A stretch of DNA of 62,984 bases, the filler included, from Reclinomonas americana ATCC 50394 (lineage: Eukaryota): assembly GCA_048213135.1 (NCBI GenBank). It is 6 parts of 4 records of this genome, joined end to end, with 100 filler letters (N's around TTAATTAATTAA, not from the genome) between each part and the next. Parts side by side here need not be neighbours in the genome. Positions count along the whole stretch, not along the records: positions 1 to 20,191 come from PS015183.1; 5 more parts are not named here. One strand, written 5' to 3'. The translations under genes were made by a program, and so were the position numbers. Of this stretch, positions 1 through 12,189 are shown in pieces. Each line of letters begins with the position of its first letter. Within the stretch, counting starts at the first letter, position 1. The notes beneath the pieces are model-generated. The model was not told the DNA's origin. It saw nothing but the letters and a program-made list of their open reading frames with translations, and ran no database searches.

Positions 1-271
1 AAGCGTCACCGGTTTGCCACCGGCGAGGACAGTACGGCACAGTTGGTGCTGCGACACGCAGCCAAGTACATGACGGTGGATGAGTTGGCGGGCTTTTGGC
101 TCATTAGTCGCGGAGTCTGCCGCTTGGTGGAAACGTTGCGGCGCGCACTCGTTCTTGCCCTTGTTGTTGTTTCTCCTGTTCAACACGCCGACACACACAC
201 ACACACACCACTACACACACAACAGCATTTTGTCGGAGCAGCCACGCCTGTACCACGCGCTCTCGTTCGCC

Positions 272-2230
272 ATGAGCGATTCCAGTGACCCCAATGGTGA
301 GTTTGCGCACGTGAAGGCATCGCTGGAGTGCGGACCCGCTCACCGCCGCTGTCACGTGACTACACGTACAGACTACTGCGCAGTGGTGGTCGTGAACGAG
401 CAGCAACGGATGCAAGTCGTCGGTCCATCACTTGCCGTCATCAACTTTGTGAAGAAGTTTGCGGTGGCTGGCGCTGTGTGGCCGGATGGCCGAGCACGGA
501 GTGAGCCATCCGTGGTGGAGGACGTGCAACTCGTCGGTGGGTGGAGTGTCGGACAATGGGTGGAGGGAGAGAAGTGCATGTCTCACCATGATGTTATTCG
601 TTAGTGGAGAACTGGTCGTCCGCTGACGCTCCGGTGCTTGACTTGATGCGAGTCGCGGAGACCTTTGGACCAGTGTCGTCCGTGCGCCTCTCCGTAGGTG
701 AGTCGCAATCGGTGTGCCAGTCGTGCTTCACCCGGTGCTCACCCCACTGTCACCCAGCTCGGCGTGGTGAGAGCAGTCCGTGTTCCATGGGTCGACCGTC
801 TGCTGCCCAACTGGCCTCCCTGAAAGTTCTCCGGACCTATGGTCTGCTTTCACGCGTCTATGTAATCGTCCATTTGCACTTTCCATGTCGAAGCTGACAC
901 GGCCTTTGCCACCGAAGGCATCCTGTTGACACCGACCGATCTGGAGCATCTCGGCACGTCCCAGTGCCTCGAGCAACTTTCGCTTGACGTCCGTTCTTCC
1001 ATCGTGGCAGGTGAATGGTGTCGCCCCTCTCTTGTTCCCCTGCTTTGCTTTTCTCATGCATTGACCTTGTCCTGGAAGCCGTCGCGCAACTGTGTGCCGA
1101 GTCGGAGTTGCCGAACTTGCACGAGTACCGACTCACTGGACCGGTGAGTGGTGTTTCTCAGCGCTGGTGCGAGCTGCAGCGGTTTCCTCTTCTCACATTC
1201 TTTCAGTCACACGCGCTGCCGAACAAGCCGGATGCGCTAGCCCGTCGTGCACGAGAACCATTGCAGATGGTTCGTGGTACCCTCTCGCGGAAGCTCTGTT
1301 CCTCGTCTCACTCACTCTCTTTCTTTCGGTGCGAAGACCGAGCTGGCGGTTCCGCGATTCGCTCGCCAGCTGCGTTCTCTTGTGCTACATTCCATCACAC
1401 TGGACGGTTCGACGACATTATTGGCCATCGCCGACCATCTGCGCACTGGCGCGCTCACCAACCTCGACCTCTCCGGTGCGCCGCAAATCTCTTTCGCTTG
1501 TCGATTCAGTCGCTGTGCGAATGAGCTCACCACTCACTATTTTTGGCGCATCGCAGGCACGCAAGCATTCAAAGATCCGTGGACCAAAGCCGACGGGATT
1601 CGCCAGTTTGCGGAAGCACTGCGGAGAAACCGGTCGCTTCAGTCGCTGAATATCTCGGGTACGTCATGTGTCTGTGTGTGTGGTTTCTGTGACTCGCACG
1701 CTGACATTTGTATGTGCACAAATCAAGGCACCACTCTTGGCTACGACACAGTCACTTCGCTAGGAATGGGTACAGCGTTGCTGCAGTGTTCTGCCTCTCG
1801 GATCGACGTGTCAGGTGCGTTGCACCTGAATCAGGATCTGGATGTGACTCACGTTTTTGTTGACAGCTTTCTTTCTTGTGCGTGTGTGCTTGTAGGGAAC
1901 CGCCTGACGCAGTGCAGATGGTGGACGCAAGTTGTCGCCCCGCAGCTGGCCAGTATGTCCCGCTGTGCGCGCACGATCACCGTGGATCGTCGAGAAGCAA
2001 ATTGCGACATTGATCGGCTGGAGTGCACCGCCTTGTTTGACGGCGAGGACGAGGTGGACGACGATTTTGAATTGGAACTGGCCGGCTTCGAGTCGTTCTC
2101 GGAGCAGTCAGAGGCTCGTCGCACGATCTGCAAGCATCTGTTGCCGTGGTTGTCACTGGGTGATTTCATGAGGACCACTTGGCGTGCATCTCGTTACATG
2201 TGCCAGATGCATGAGGAGTTGCGTGGGTGA
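272..2230 (+). CDS. Multi-exon RI-like leucine-rich repeat protein with an F-box-like segment near its end (may continue into the next gene)
   Basis: About 10 exons join in frame via G|GT...AG introns. LRR motifs ALTNLDLSG, FAEALRRNRSLQSLNISG, SRIDVSGNRL; tail ICKHLLPWLSLGDFMRTTWRASRYM resembles an F-box. Start and end uncertain. Confidence 0.6.
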
Positions 2231-2653
2231 AGAATGGAAGGAAGGGAGGGAGAGGGGGAGGGGAGGGAGGGGGAGGGAGGAAGGGAAGGGAGAGATAGAT
2301 TAGGATATGCACAATTCCTTGCGACACGTATTCTGCAGCTAGCGTAGAACAGCTACAAGATATCGCTCTTCATTCCACCTTGATATCGAGAATGTGTAAT
2401 GGTTCCACTCACAGATGAACAATGAGGAATGCAGTGGGCACACAAATCCGTAGGATGGTGTGGGTGGGCCAAGAAACACACAGATTACGAGAGCAGTTGA
2501 CTATAGGAATGAGGGAAAACGGAATGACTCGTGTTTGTCCATCTGTTTGTCTCTCTAATGAGAGGCTCGTAGTTGAATACTTCTTGAATACTGCCGATTC
2601 TCATTCTGCCTATTGGCATTTCTGTGCACAGGGCATTGAGTGCGGCGCAATGC

Positions 2654-4350
2654 ATGTTGTTTGATGCCGTCAGTGGCCCTCGTGCGACGTCACCGATGTT
2701 GGAGTTGTCATTCAACGGCGTCACTCGCATATACGTCAGATGTATGTTGCCACGAATGCGTATCGCGGAGTCGTCTGTTGGCGGCTCATCTTGCCTTGTG
2801 CCCTTGCAGGTTCTCTGAGTGAGGTCTTTGCCACGTTGCAACAGTGCGCTGACGAGAGCTACTGGCGTGCAATTCGACCGTCGTACTTGCCCTTGCGGGA
2901 GACGGAGCCGTGCGACGGTCTTGTCGTCGCCTGTTGCGTACTCTTCTTCATTTCCATAAGTACCAGTCGTGGCACATCGTCTCAACGAATGTGCAGACAC
3001 CATGTCTTCGTCGAGTGACGAGCTGCTCGGGGTCGCGCTGACGAATCCGCTATTTTCGTCGGTGCGCTCCCTGACTCTGCAGCCCGCGCAAGCCGATCCG
3101 CAGCAGCTGCTGGTGCCGGCCGGTTCGCTGCCACACTGCGAAAGCGTGCTGATTCGAGGTACGCTGCTCATTCGCCTGCATTGTGCGGCTCCTCCTTGCG
3201 TAGTGCTCATTCGTGGTCGTGCGCGCGCAGGTTGGCAACCGAATCATAAGACACTTGGCGACGTGCCGGCCAGCCACCTGTCGTTGTCGTGGCTGCGCGA
3301 TCTGCCGCTGCGTAAGTTGGATGTGCAAGGTTGGTATGGCTATGCACGCACGACGTGGTCGTCTGTGTCGCTCACATCCACACTCGTTTGTATGCGCAGA
3401 ATGCTCGTTGACGTGGGGCATGTCGGTGGCCCTCGCCAGTGTGCTGGCCACGCATGCGACACTGCAAGTCGTGCCCTTCCTGGTAAGTCGGTCCTGCTTC
3501 GGCACTGTTCTCGCTGGCTCGAGTCGCCGCTGACGTCCGTGTATTCTTGCCTCTCGCAGCAGCCACCTGTGCACGAGTTTTGGACTCCGACGGTCCAGCG
3601 ACTTCTCCTGCCTGCCGCTCAGTGCAATCCGCACATTCAACTTGATTCGCGCAGAGACGCACAGCGACTGGAACGAGCCATGCTGACGGTCACCATGTAC
3701 CAGGATGTGTTGGAAAATGTGGAGGTGGACCTGGACCTGACCATGCCACTGCCTACGGAACTGGTCGCGTACGAGATATTGCCGTTCCTCGGCTCGCACG
3801 CCACGCCTCTGTGGCGAGTGTGTCGTGCATTCGGCGCCGCTCTCACGTTGCGTGTTTTGTTAGTTGTTGCTTCTGAAGCCGCAGGAGATGCTCACTCCCT
3901 CTTGCACACTGCAGCATTGTTCGCGATTCGAAGAAGCTGGGCACTCAGCTTGCTCGTCAGATCCAAGCCGCCGAGAAGGTTCACAAACCACTCGGTCGAG
4001 GCAAGAAGCGCTCGGCTAGCGGCACTAATCCAGGGGAGGAGCGCGCATTGCCAGACAACACACCGACAGAGACGACGCCGGGTGCTCGTGTCGCCAGATT
4101 TGTATCGCGTCGCCGTCCCGTGTCACCACACTCTGCTGCTGCGGCACTGTCTCGGCGTGCCGCACAACTACAACACCTTCAGCAACCGACGCAACCACCG
4201 CCGCAGCAGCAGCAGGAGGCGGCAGATATGCTACCCATCTTGTTCCGTGAGTATGACCTGGAGCCCCCAATGGACCGTCGGACGGTTGCAACAGCAGCAG
4301 CCCCCAGTGGACACGGTGCAGAATTGGCATGCCCGCCAGATCACGAGTAA
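2654..4350 (+). CDS. Multi-exon degenerate LRR protein with F-box-like motif and low-complexity tail
   Basis: Spliced frame gives SSVRSLTLQ...LPLRKLDVQ...LPTELVAYEILPFLGSHATPLWRVCRAF, then a Q/P-rich tail ending TAA at 4350. Needs GTTGCGT donors at 2933 and 3847. 5' end uncertain. Confidence 0.55.
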
Positions 4351-4429
4351 ACCAGCTGTCCATATACTTCACACAAACACACGCACACAATCGGTACACA
4401 GGAAACAAGCAGTCTCTGCCGCCGCAGTG

Positions 4430-5853
4430 TCACTCGCGTGCACTCCGCGCGGCTGCGACTGTGGCTGCCATGGCGGCGTGTGCCGAGTGCACGATTTGGA
4501 CCTTGACCTTGTCCTCGGCAGACACTGGTTCATCGTCCAGAGTAGTAACTTGAAGCACGACGGCGAGGATCTGGCGGGGTTGGGCGGAAAGAACATCAGT
4601 CGTCAGCGAAACGGATGGGAGGAGAGGGGGAGGGAGGGGAAGGGGGAGGGAGGGGAAGGGAGGGGAAGAGAGGGAAGGGAGGGGGGAAGGGGAGAATAGC
4701 AGACTACCAAGGTCACTGGCGAAGAATGCAATGCCGGAGGAGACATCAGTCATCAAAAGCAGTTTGGGAATCAAGTAAACTGGTGGAACGATGAGTTCGA
4801 GAGCGAGAGTGTAAGAGGGTGATAGAAATAGGGAGAGAGGGAGGGAGGGGAGAGGCAAAGGTGGCAATGTGACAGCTCGACCAGCGAAGAATGCAATGCC
4901 GGAGGAGACATCAGTCATCATCGAAAGGGAAGGAGGGAGAGAGGGAGAGAGGGGGAAGAAAGCAGGAAGGGGAGAATAGCAGACTCATAAGGTCCCAGAA
5001 ATGTGAACAGCTCCACCAGCGTAGAATGCAATGCTGTCTTCATCGCAACTCACTCCCACACCCTGCTACAAACAAACCCTCACCTTGTGTCTGGCCTGCT
5101 CAATCTCTTGAATCGGATTCTCCATCAATCTGAGCGACGACAGGTCGCGCAGGTAGCTGAGCGGCTGCAGAACGGCCGGATCGGCAAACCTAAGTCGCGG
5201 TGGTGAGTCTCGTGTCACCAGGCGCTCTCTATTTTACAAGAGCGCGACACAACTTGTTGTGTGAAAAGTCAGCCGACGACAGGCACACCACGCGCTCGAG
5301 GCTCTCCGCACTCGCAATCTCATTGTGCGACGCATCCAGCACCTCCAGTTGCAACAGCGACCCGATATCTCTCGTGTGTGTGAGTGCATTGTGGCTCTGC
5401 GGGGCGCGCGGTGAGATGCGAGCTATTCAGCGATCACTGCAACGCCACACGGCGGAGACGCAACAACGTCGAGTCTGCGCACGGAGAGGTGTCGAATGCC
5501 GGGCAACTCGGTCAACTGATTGTGCGAGACATTGAGGTCGGCCAGCGCCGTGAGAGCGTGCAGGCTCGGCAGCGTGGAGAGCGAGTTGAAGGAGAGGTCC
5601 AGTGTCTGCAAAAAGTGCAGCGTCGGCGGCACCTGCGTGATCTCGCGGATCTGGTTGTGCGCGAGAAGCGCCTGCTGGAGAGTGTCTGGCACGGCCCAGT
5701 CGCCGGGGAAGGTCTCTGCACACCAAGGCCGCGGAATAAGCAACGCAATAGTGCATGAGAAGAGCAGGGAGGGAGAGAGGGAGAGCCTCACCGAGTCGAT
5801 TGTGAGACGCGTCAAGCACGCACAACTGGCGCAACGGCGACAAGGGTGCCAAA
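4430..5853 (-). CDS. SDS22-like LRR protein with LRRcap, similar to the LRR region of LRGUK/LRRC23 (5' part in gap)
   Basis: Spliced repeats LCVLDASHNRL, LQTLDLSFNSL, LADLNVSHNQL, VRRLDV|SHNAL, LEVLDASHNEI, then LRLMENPIQE...VTTLDDEPVSAEDKVKV; stop at 4430. Confidence 0.75.
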
Positions 5854-6536
5854 CTGTGCGCGATCACGTCACCACAAGAGTGCACCAACAGACAATGTAG
5901 TCGAAACAACAATAACAACAANNNNNNNNNNNNNNNNNNNNNNNNNNNNNNNNNNNNNNNNNNNNNNNNNNNNNNNNNNNNNNNNNNNNNNNNNNNNNNN
6001 NNNNNNNNNNNNNNNNNNNNNNNNNNNNNNNNNNNNNNNNNNNNNNNNNNNNNNNNNNNNNNNNNNNNNNNNNNNNNNNNNNNNNNNNNNNNNNNNNNNN
6101 NNNNNNNNNNNNNNNNNNNNNNNNNNNNNNNNNNNNNNNNNNNNNNNNNNNNNNNNNNNNNNNNNNNNNNNNNNNNNNNNNNNNNNNNNNNNNNNNNNNN
6201 NNNNNNNNNNNNNNNNNNNNNNNNNNNNNNNNNNNNNNNNNNNNNNNNNNNNNNNNNNNNNNNNNNNNNNNNNNNNNNNNNNNNNNNNNNNNNNNNNNNN
6301 NNNNNNNNNNNNNNNNNNNNNNNNNNNNNNNNNNNNNNNNNGCGCACGCTCTCTCTCCCTTGCGCGTGTGTGCCGTGCTGCGCGAGAGTGTTTGTTGTTG
6401 TGCGCGCTCCATTTCGTTCTGCTCCGCACATGTGCCCCGCGCCCACACACACACGCGTGCCCCTCTCTGTCTCTCCTGCTATTCTCCGCTTGTTGTGCAG
6501 CGTGGTTGTTTGTGTGTGTCTGTGTGCATGCACGTC

Positions 6537-7360
6537 ATGGGAAGGGTTGCGAGAGTGGAGCGGGGGCACTTGTCCTTTTTCCGCATGTCACGCACTCCTT
6601 CGCTCACTCACTCACTCACGCGTGCACAGCGGCAAGCGGTGATTGCACTGGTGGTGTTGTTGGTGGTGGCGGTGGTGAGCGTGTCGGCTGAGGAGCCGCA
6701 GCTGGCGGTCTTCAAGAACCTGCAGCAGTCGTTGCGTCCTCCTAAAGAGCAGGAGAGTGTGTGTGTGTGTGAGTGGAGACTGACAATGTGTGTCGCACGC
6801 AGGTACGCTGTGCAGGGTGGTGAGGTGGTGATCAACTTCCAGATCTACAACCTGGGTGATGGGTTGCGTCTTCAATTTTTCCCTCGCTTTCTCGCATGTT
6901 GTTGTCATGCTCACACTCGTTTCTGTGCACATTAGTGCTGCTCATGACTTCAAGCTGGAGGACACTGCGTACGAGAGCGACAACTTTGATGTCGTCTACG
7001 GCAAGCGCACGGCCTCGTTCGAGAAGATCCCGGCGTTGCGTTGCTTAAATGAGTGCTCATGAATGAGTGTGTGTGCGTGTGTGCTCACAATGCGGCCTGT
7101 GCAGTGGTTCCTCCGTGTCGCACACGCTGGTGCTGAAGCCCAAGACCACTGGCCGTTTCAACGCCGGCGCTGCCACGTACACGTACCGCGCGGGCAAGAA
7201 GACTGTCGTTGCGTGTTCGATTGGAGATGGGATGCATTGCCACGGACGTATGATTCACTGACGGTGGTGATCCTGCTCGCAGTCTGGCCAGTCAACTCAG
7301 GCTCCCCTCCTCGAGATCGTGAACCAGCGCGACCATGAGCGTCGCTCGGCCTCGTTCTAC
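6537..7360 (+). CDS. SSR2: Translocon-associated protein subunit beta (partial; TM/C-terminal exon lies in the gap)
   Basis: Six exons splice to a signal peptide plus YAVQGGEVVINFQIYNLGDGAAHDFKLED...FEKIPAGSSVSHTLVLKPKTTGRFNAGAATYTY...NQRDHERRSASFY, matching the TRAP-beta family. All six donors are GTTGCG. Confidence 0.9.
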
Positions 7361-7868
7361 GTTGCGTTTTTTTTTTTTTTTTGGTGCCTCCTCNNNNNNN
7401 NNNNNNNNNNNNNNNNNNNNNNNNNNNNNNNNNNNNNNNNNNNNNNNNNNNNNNNNNNNNNNNNNNNNNNNNNNNNNNNNNNNNNNNNNNNNNNNNNNNN
7501 NNNNNNNNNNNNNNNNNNNNNNNNNNNNNNNNNNNNNNNNNNNNNNNNNNNNNNNNNNNNNNNNNNNNNNNNNNNNNNNNNNNNNNNNNNNNNNNNNNNN
7601 NNNNNNNNNNNNNNNNNNNNNNNNNNNNNNNNNNNNNNNNNNNNNNNNNNNNNNNNNNNNNNNNNNNNNNNNNNNNNNNNNNNNNNNNNNNNNNNNNNNN
7701 NNNNNNNNNNNNNNNNNNNNNNNNNNNNNNNNNNNNNNNNNNNNNNNNNNNNNNNNNNNNNNNNNNNNNNNNNNNNNNNNNNNNNNNNNNNNNNNNNNAA
7801 GGGGGAAAGGGGGAAGGGGGAAGGGGGAAGGGGGCAAAGGGAGAGAGGGGACAGTATTTCGGCACGTC

Positions 7869-8330
7869 TGCTGAGAAGATCCCCACTGCAACGCGCGCGG
7901 CGGCATGTGACTCAGCGTATAGAGGAGAGCCCTCTACAACGCAACAACAACTGAGTCAGCGTATGGAGAAGAACCCCTCTGATTCAGATCCGAACTGCAA
8001 AGAGCCCCTCTGCAACGCGACAGCAACTGAGTCAGCGTCTGGAGAAGAACCACTCTGCGACGCGACATCTGCATTCATAGTCTTGCTGAGAAGAACCCCT
8101 CTGCAACCGAGTCAGCTGATGGAGAAGATCCACTGCGATGCGACATCTGCACTCATAGTCTTGCTGAGAAGAACCCCTCTGCAGCGCGACATCAGCATTC
8201 AGATTCGAACTGCAAAGAACCCCTCTGCAACGCGGCAGCAACCGAGTTAACTGATGAAGAAGATCCCCTGCAATGCGGCAGCAACTGAGTCAGCTGATGG
8301 AGAAGAACCACTCTGCAGCGCGGCAGCTGA
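7869..8330. repeat. Degenerate minisatellite, ~45-bp unit, about 10-11 copies
   Basis: Recurring core GAGAAGAACCCCTCTGCAACGCG followed by one of three tails (GCAACTGAGTCAGC, CATCTGCATTCATAGTCTTGCT, ATTCAGATTCGAACTGC). Confidence 0.8.
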
Positions 8331-8477
8331 CAGAGGAGCTCAGCCTGCGTCACGACGGAAACCCTGGCTGATACAAACTCTGCTCCGATAGGTGAGAACT
8401 CGCGAAATGCATCCAGCTGTGCGATGTGATCGCCAAGACGGCACACTTGAATCACTCGGCATTACACTGAGAGTTGC

Positions 8478-10086
8478 TCATGTCGGTGCGGCGGCCGTGG
8501 CCGAGAGCGACTGCACGTCGCGTGCCGTGAACACCGTCTGACACGTGCTACACCGATCCATCTCGAAGCAAAAGACTGCACGTGGTGTCAGAGGGGGGCG
8601 GGGAATCGACAGACATGCCCACACTGCGACGCAACTCGACAAGCACACGGAGCACACAAAGCCGACATTGATTTTCCGCTTGTGGCAGAAGCAGGCGGCG
8701 CGGAAATCAACATCGCGCTCCTTGGGCAGCGCCTGGTGCGTCCGTGACTTGTTGTCGGACAGAAACACCGTCTGCAGGAGAGACAGAGCGTGAGCATCAC
8801 GATTCAAGCAAAGTGAGTGAGTGCGTGTAAAAGCGCACCAGCAGAAACTCGAGCAGATTGCCTTCGCGTGGCCTCAGGTAAATGCCGCTAGTGATGCTGG
8901 CGGCCTGTTGCAAGAAGCTCGAGTCCTCCGGACCCAGCACACACGCGTCGACAATCACGTGCTGGTGTAGCGAGTGAGGAGGGGGAAAGAGAGAGGAAGA
9001 GAGTTCGACAGCGACGCAACATTCTTGTCGGCGCTGAAAATGGCGTTCATGACTGAAATGTACTGCGACGGCACGTCGGGCGACGCCGTCAACACCAGAA
9101 CACGACACTGCGGCTTCTTGTGCGCCGTGCTCAGCGCTCGGTTGACATCTGTGGCCCATGCGTGAGCGAGCGAGGATTGAAGGCAGCACACGACCGTGGA
9201 ACGCAACAGCAGAGGGCACGAGAGAGCGCACACGACAGTTGAATGCCGAGCTGCGCCGAGGCGGAGCCATCGTCGGGCAGGCGAACCCGCCCGACAAACT
9301 CACGCACTTGCAGATGCAGGGCGGCGGGGTCGATCACCACGCCGTCGAGGTCGTTGGCAAAGTGAGCGAACTCGCTGTGCCGGAGGGGGGGAGTATGAGA
9401 ACAGGAGACACAGAAGAGAGAAGGCACAAAAGCCAAACACGAGTGACAGCAGGCGATAGAAGAGAAACGAGATGCCTAGGTCAAAGAGATGGAGATAACA
9501 GTGGCGACAAGACGGCGAGTTGAAATGTGAATGGGGAAGCAGATGAAGCATCAAAGTTGAATGTGAGAGCTCACGTAGACAGCAGTGACAGGCAGAGTGG
9601 CAATGTACTCCCTCTCTGTGTCTCTCCGTGAGCTCGACTACAACACGGAATGAGACATGTGATTCACACGCACAGTCGTTCCTTCTCTGTCTCCCTCTCC
9701 CTCCCCCTATCTCTCCCCCACCCACCATCCATCAAAGTCCGTCAGCAACAGCTGCAGGTGATTGCGCGGATTCAACAGCGCATACGAGCGCAGAAACACC
9801 GTCACTTGCTGCAAGTACGCGTCCATGGGCAGCACAGGCCACCCAACACCACCACCACCACTACTTCTTCCACCCACTCCACTCGCTTCATCAGTGGTCA
9901 GTGGAGGCACATGCACACCGGCCTCGCCGGCGTCGGTCTCCCAACTGGGTGCATTGACATCGAGAATGACGACAAGCAGCGAGGCATCTGTGTGTGTGTG
10001 TGTGTGTGCGTGTGTCGACAGCGATCAGCACTGATAGAGGAGAGGGGTGGGAAAGGCGCAGACAGTGTACCGTCGTACGTGGCCAT
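8478..10086 (-). CDS. GTF2H3: TFIIH subunit p34 (Tfb4)
   Basis: Spliced product MATYDDASLLVVILDVN...FLRSYALLNPRNHL...LSCALSRALCYVNR...QYISVMNAIFSADKNHVIVDAC...FLQQAASITSGIY...[28 protein letters not shown]...CSTC: vWA-like domain plus C4 zinc finger typical of Tfb4. Confidence 0.95.
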
Positions 10087-10280
10087 GGCGTTCGTGCAAG
10101 CACAATGAAAGGGACGATCGAAGGACACAGCGTCTTGTGAATAAAGGGCTTCACGTTCACTGAATTCTTCACTTGACCTGCGGGTTGTCGCAGCGTGGCA
10201 TGGCGATCGCTTTCTTGATCGCGCAGTCGATCACTGGATCGATTGCATGCATGGCGGGGCTTGTGCACGGTCCGTATCAC

Positions 10281-12112
10281 TCACTTGTCGTCGTCTGCTG
10301 CTGCGGCAGCGGCTAGCTCCTGGAGCCGGGCGACGACTCGCCGTTCTTCCGCGCACCACATCTCGTACAGGCGACGCATGACGTCGTCTGTCAGCGGTGC
10401 CTTGCAGTTATACACCCACGGTTTCTGTGTCTGTGTGCATGCAATGGCGGTAAGCAGCGACAGCGACAACAATAACTGCAGCGTCGTGGTGCAATCGCAG
10501 TCGGGCACGTAACCACGTAGTAGTGCACCACGGCGAGGTTCTCCCACGACCACACTCCGCGTTTCAGCATGTCGTCGGCGCGCGTCGGGGTGACTCCGTA
10601 AAAGTGCGGCAGGCCGAGCCACCGGCGGCCCTTGATTTTCTCCAGCACCGCCACCAGCACGCCTTGTTCGCCCCATCGCATGTACATGGGGTCGGTGGGT
10701 GATCGGAACCACTGCACAAACTCCTGGTACAGCGACATCGACGGCTGAGCCGTGAAGATGCCCGAGTTCAAGCCGCGGTAGCTCGCACCAAACGTGTCCG
10801 ACAGATCGTGCGCGAAGCTGTTGGCGGGGAAGAAGAAGAGCAGGTCCACGTGCCTCGCCGGCAGCGTGTCGAGGTCGAGGTACACGATCTTGTCGTACTG
10901 CGTCAGTCGGTACAGCTCCAGCTTGTGGATGCACACGATGCAGCCTTGGAGCCTCGAGTGATTGGTGTGGTTGCCCTCAAAGGGCCCCGTGTAGTGGAAG
11001 ATCACGCCGAGCTCCCGCAGAAAGGCCCTCTCCGTCGCAGTGAACACCGGCAGCACCTTGTCTTCGATGCTCTGCGGCGAGGCCACCAGCAGTGGAATGT
11101 CGGGATAGTCGCTTGCCGCTCGCAGCGCTGAGGCAAACACAAAGAGACCGCGCTTGATGTTGTCGATGGCGGCCGCGTTGCTCGTCTCCGGAACGAGCAG
11201 ATAGGTGACCCACGCAACACGACCACGCAGGTAGCTCGGACGTTCTGTCGTCGTCGTCGTTGTCGTCGTCGTCGTTGCTGGCTGCGTCGGCAAGGGCGGT
11301 GGAGGTGGTGGCTCTGGCAAGGGTGCTGGCTCAAGGACGGGAGGAACGTGCGAGTTGACAGGCTGGTGGGGGGTTGTGAGTCGCTCACTCACTCACATGG
11401 AGACGGCGTTGCGGTGTACCTTTTCAGTCTTCGCTGGCTCCTTGACTCCCTCCGCGGCAGGTTGCTGCGCAACGTAACAGCGTGAGGGAAACGAGGCGGC
11501 AATGGACACAGGAGTTGCAGACTCACCGGCGGATCCTCCTGCTTTGGAGCCGATCCATCGTCACTCGCCTGTCACTTGACGGTCAGTCATCCATCGCTTT
11601 CTTTGTCGCACACAATCGCACCTTGCGCTGCAACAACAACATGATCGTGAGCTAAAGACCACCGTAATACCACAACGACCGATGAGTGTACCTTTTCATG
11701 ATCGCTATCCTGCTGTGGGCTGGGCACCTCGGCCACAGTGGCAGGCGTATCCGTTGCCCCATTCGGACGATCAGTTGTGTGCTCGTCGACGATCTATCAA
11801 TCAAACATGCATTGTGTGTGATGAGTGAAGACTGGTGCGCCGAGCGATCGATCACTCTCACCTTCTCCTCACAGACTGTCGGTGGCGGCACTGGTGGGCA
11901 CTCGCATTCCTGTGCCTCACACACGTGTCAGAGACAAACACGGCCACACACACACGCACAACCCACATCGAACCCGTGATTACCGGACAAGAAGCACTGG
12001 CAGTGATTCTGTCGCTTGCCTGTGGTCGATTGCTGAGCTGCACGAGCATGGCTGAGTCGAGCACCGCGGCGACGATGCACGCGATCAGAACCGTGCGGCT
12101 GTTGAGCTCCAT
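10281..12112 (-). CDS. Type II membrane glycosyltransferase, GT8 (glycogenin/galactinol-synthase-like fold)
   Basis: N-terminal TM helix, Pro/Thr stem, then AWVTYL...HKLELYRLTQYDKIVYLDLDT (DxD)...LNSGIF...GEQGVL...VVHYYV|TQKPW. Includes a 6-nt microexon (11622-11627). Confidence 0.85.
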
Positions 12113-12189
12113 GACGACGGAGGCAGCAAGGCAGAGGACGCTGTGGCGGTGGCGGACACGACGCCCAACAACAACTTCGTTCACCAACT

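Noticed and set aside
7869-8330. CRISPR-like repeat-spacer array
   Set aside because: The 'spacers' are themselves repeated, repeats are degenerate, the context is eukaryotic and there are no cas genes.
11363-11396. A 34-nt ultra-short intron in the GT8 gene
   Set aside because: Phase only works with the upstream AAG|GTACAC donor, giving an ordinary ~57-nt intron.
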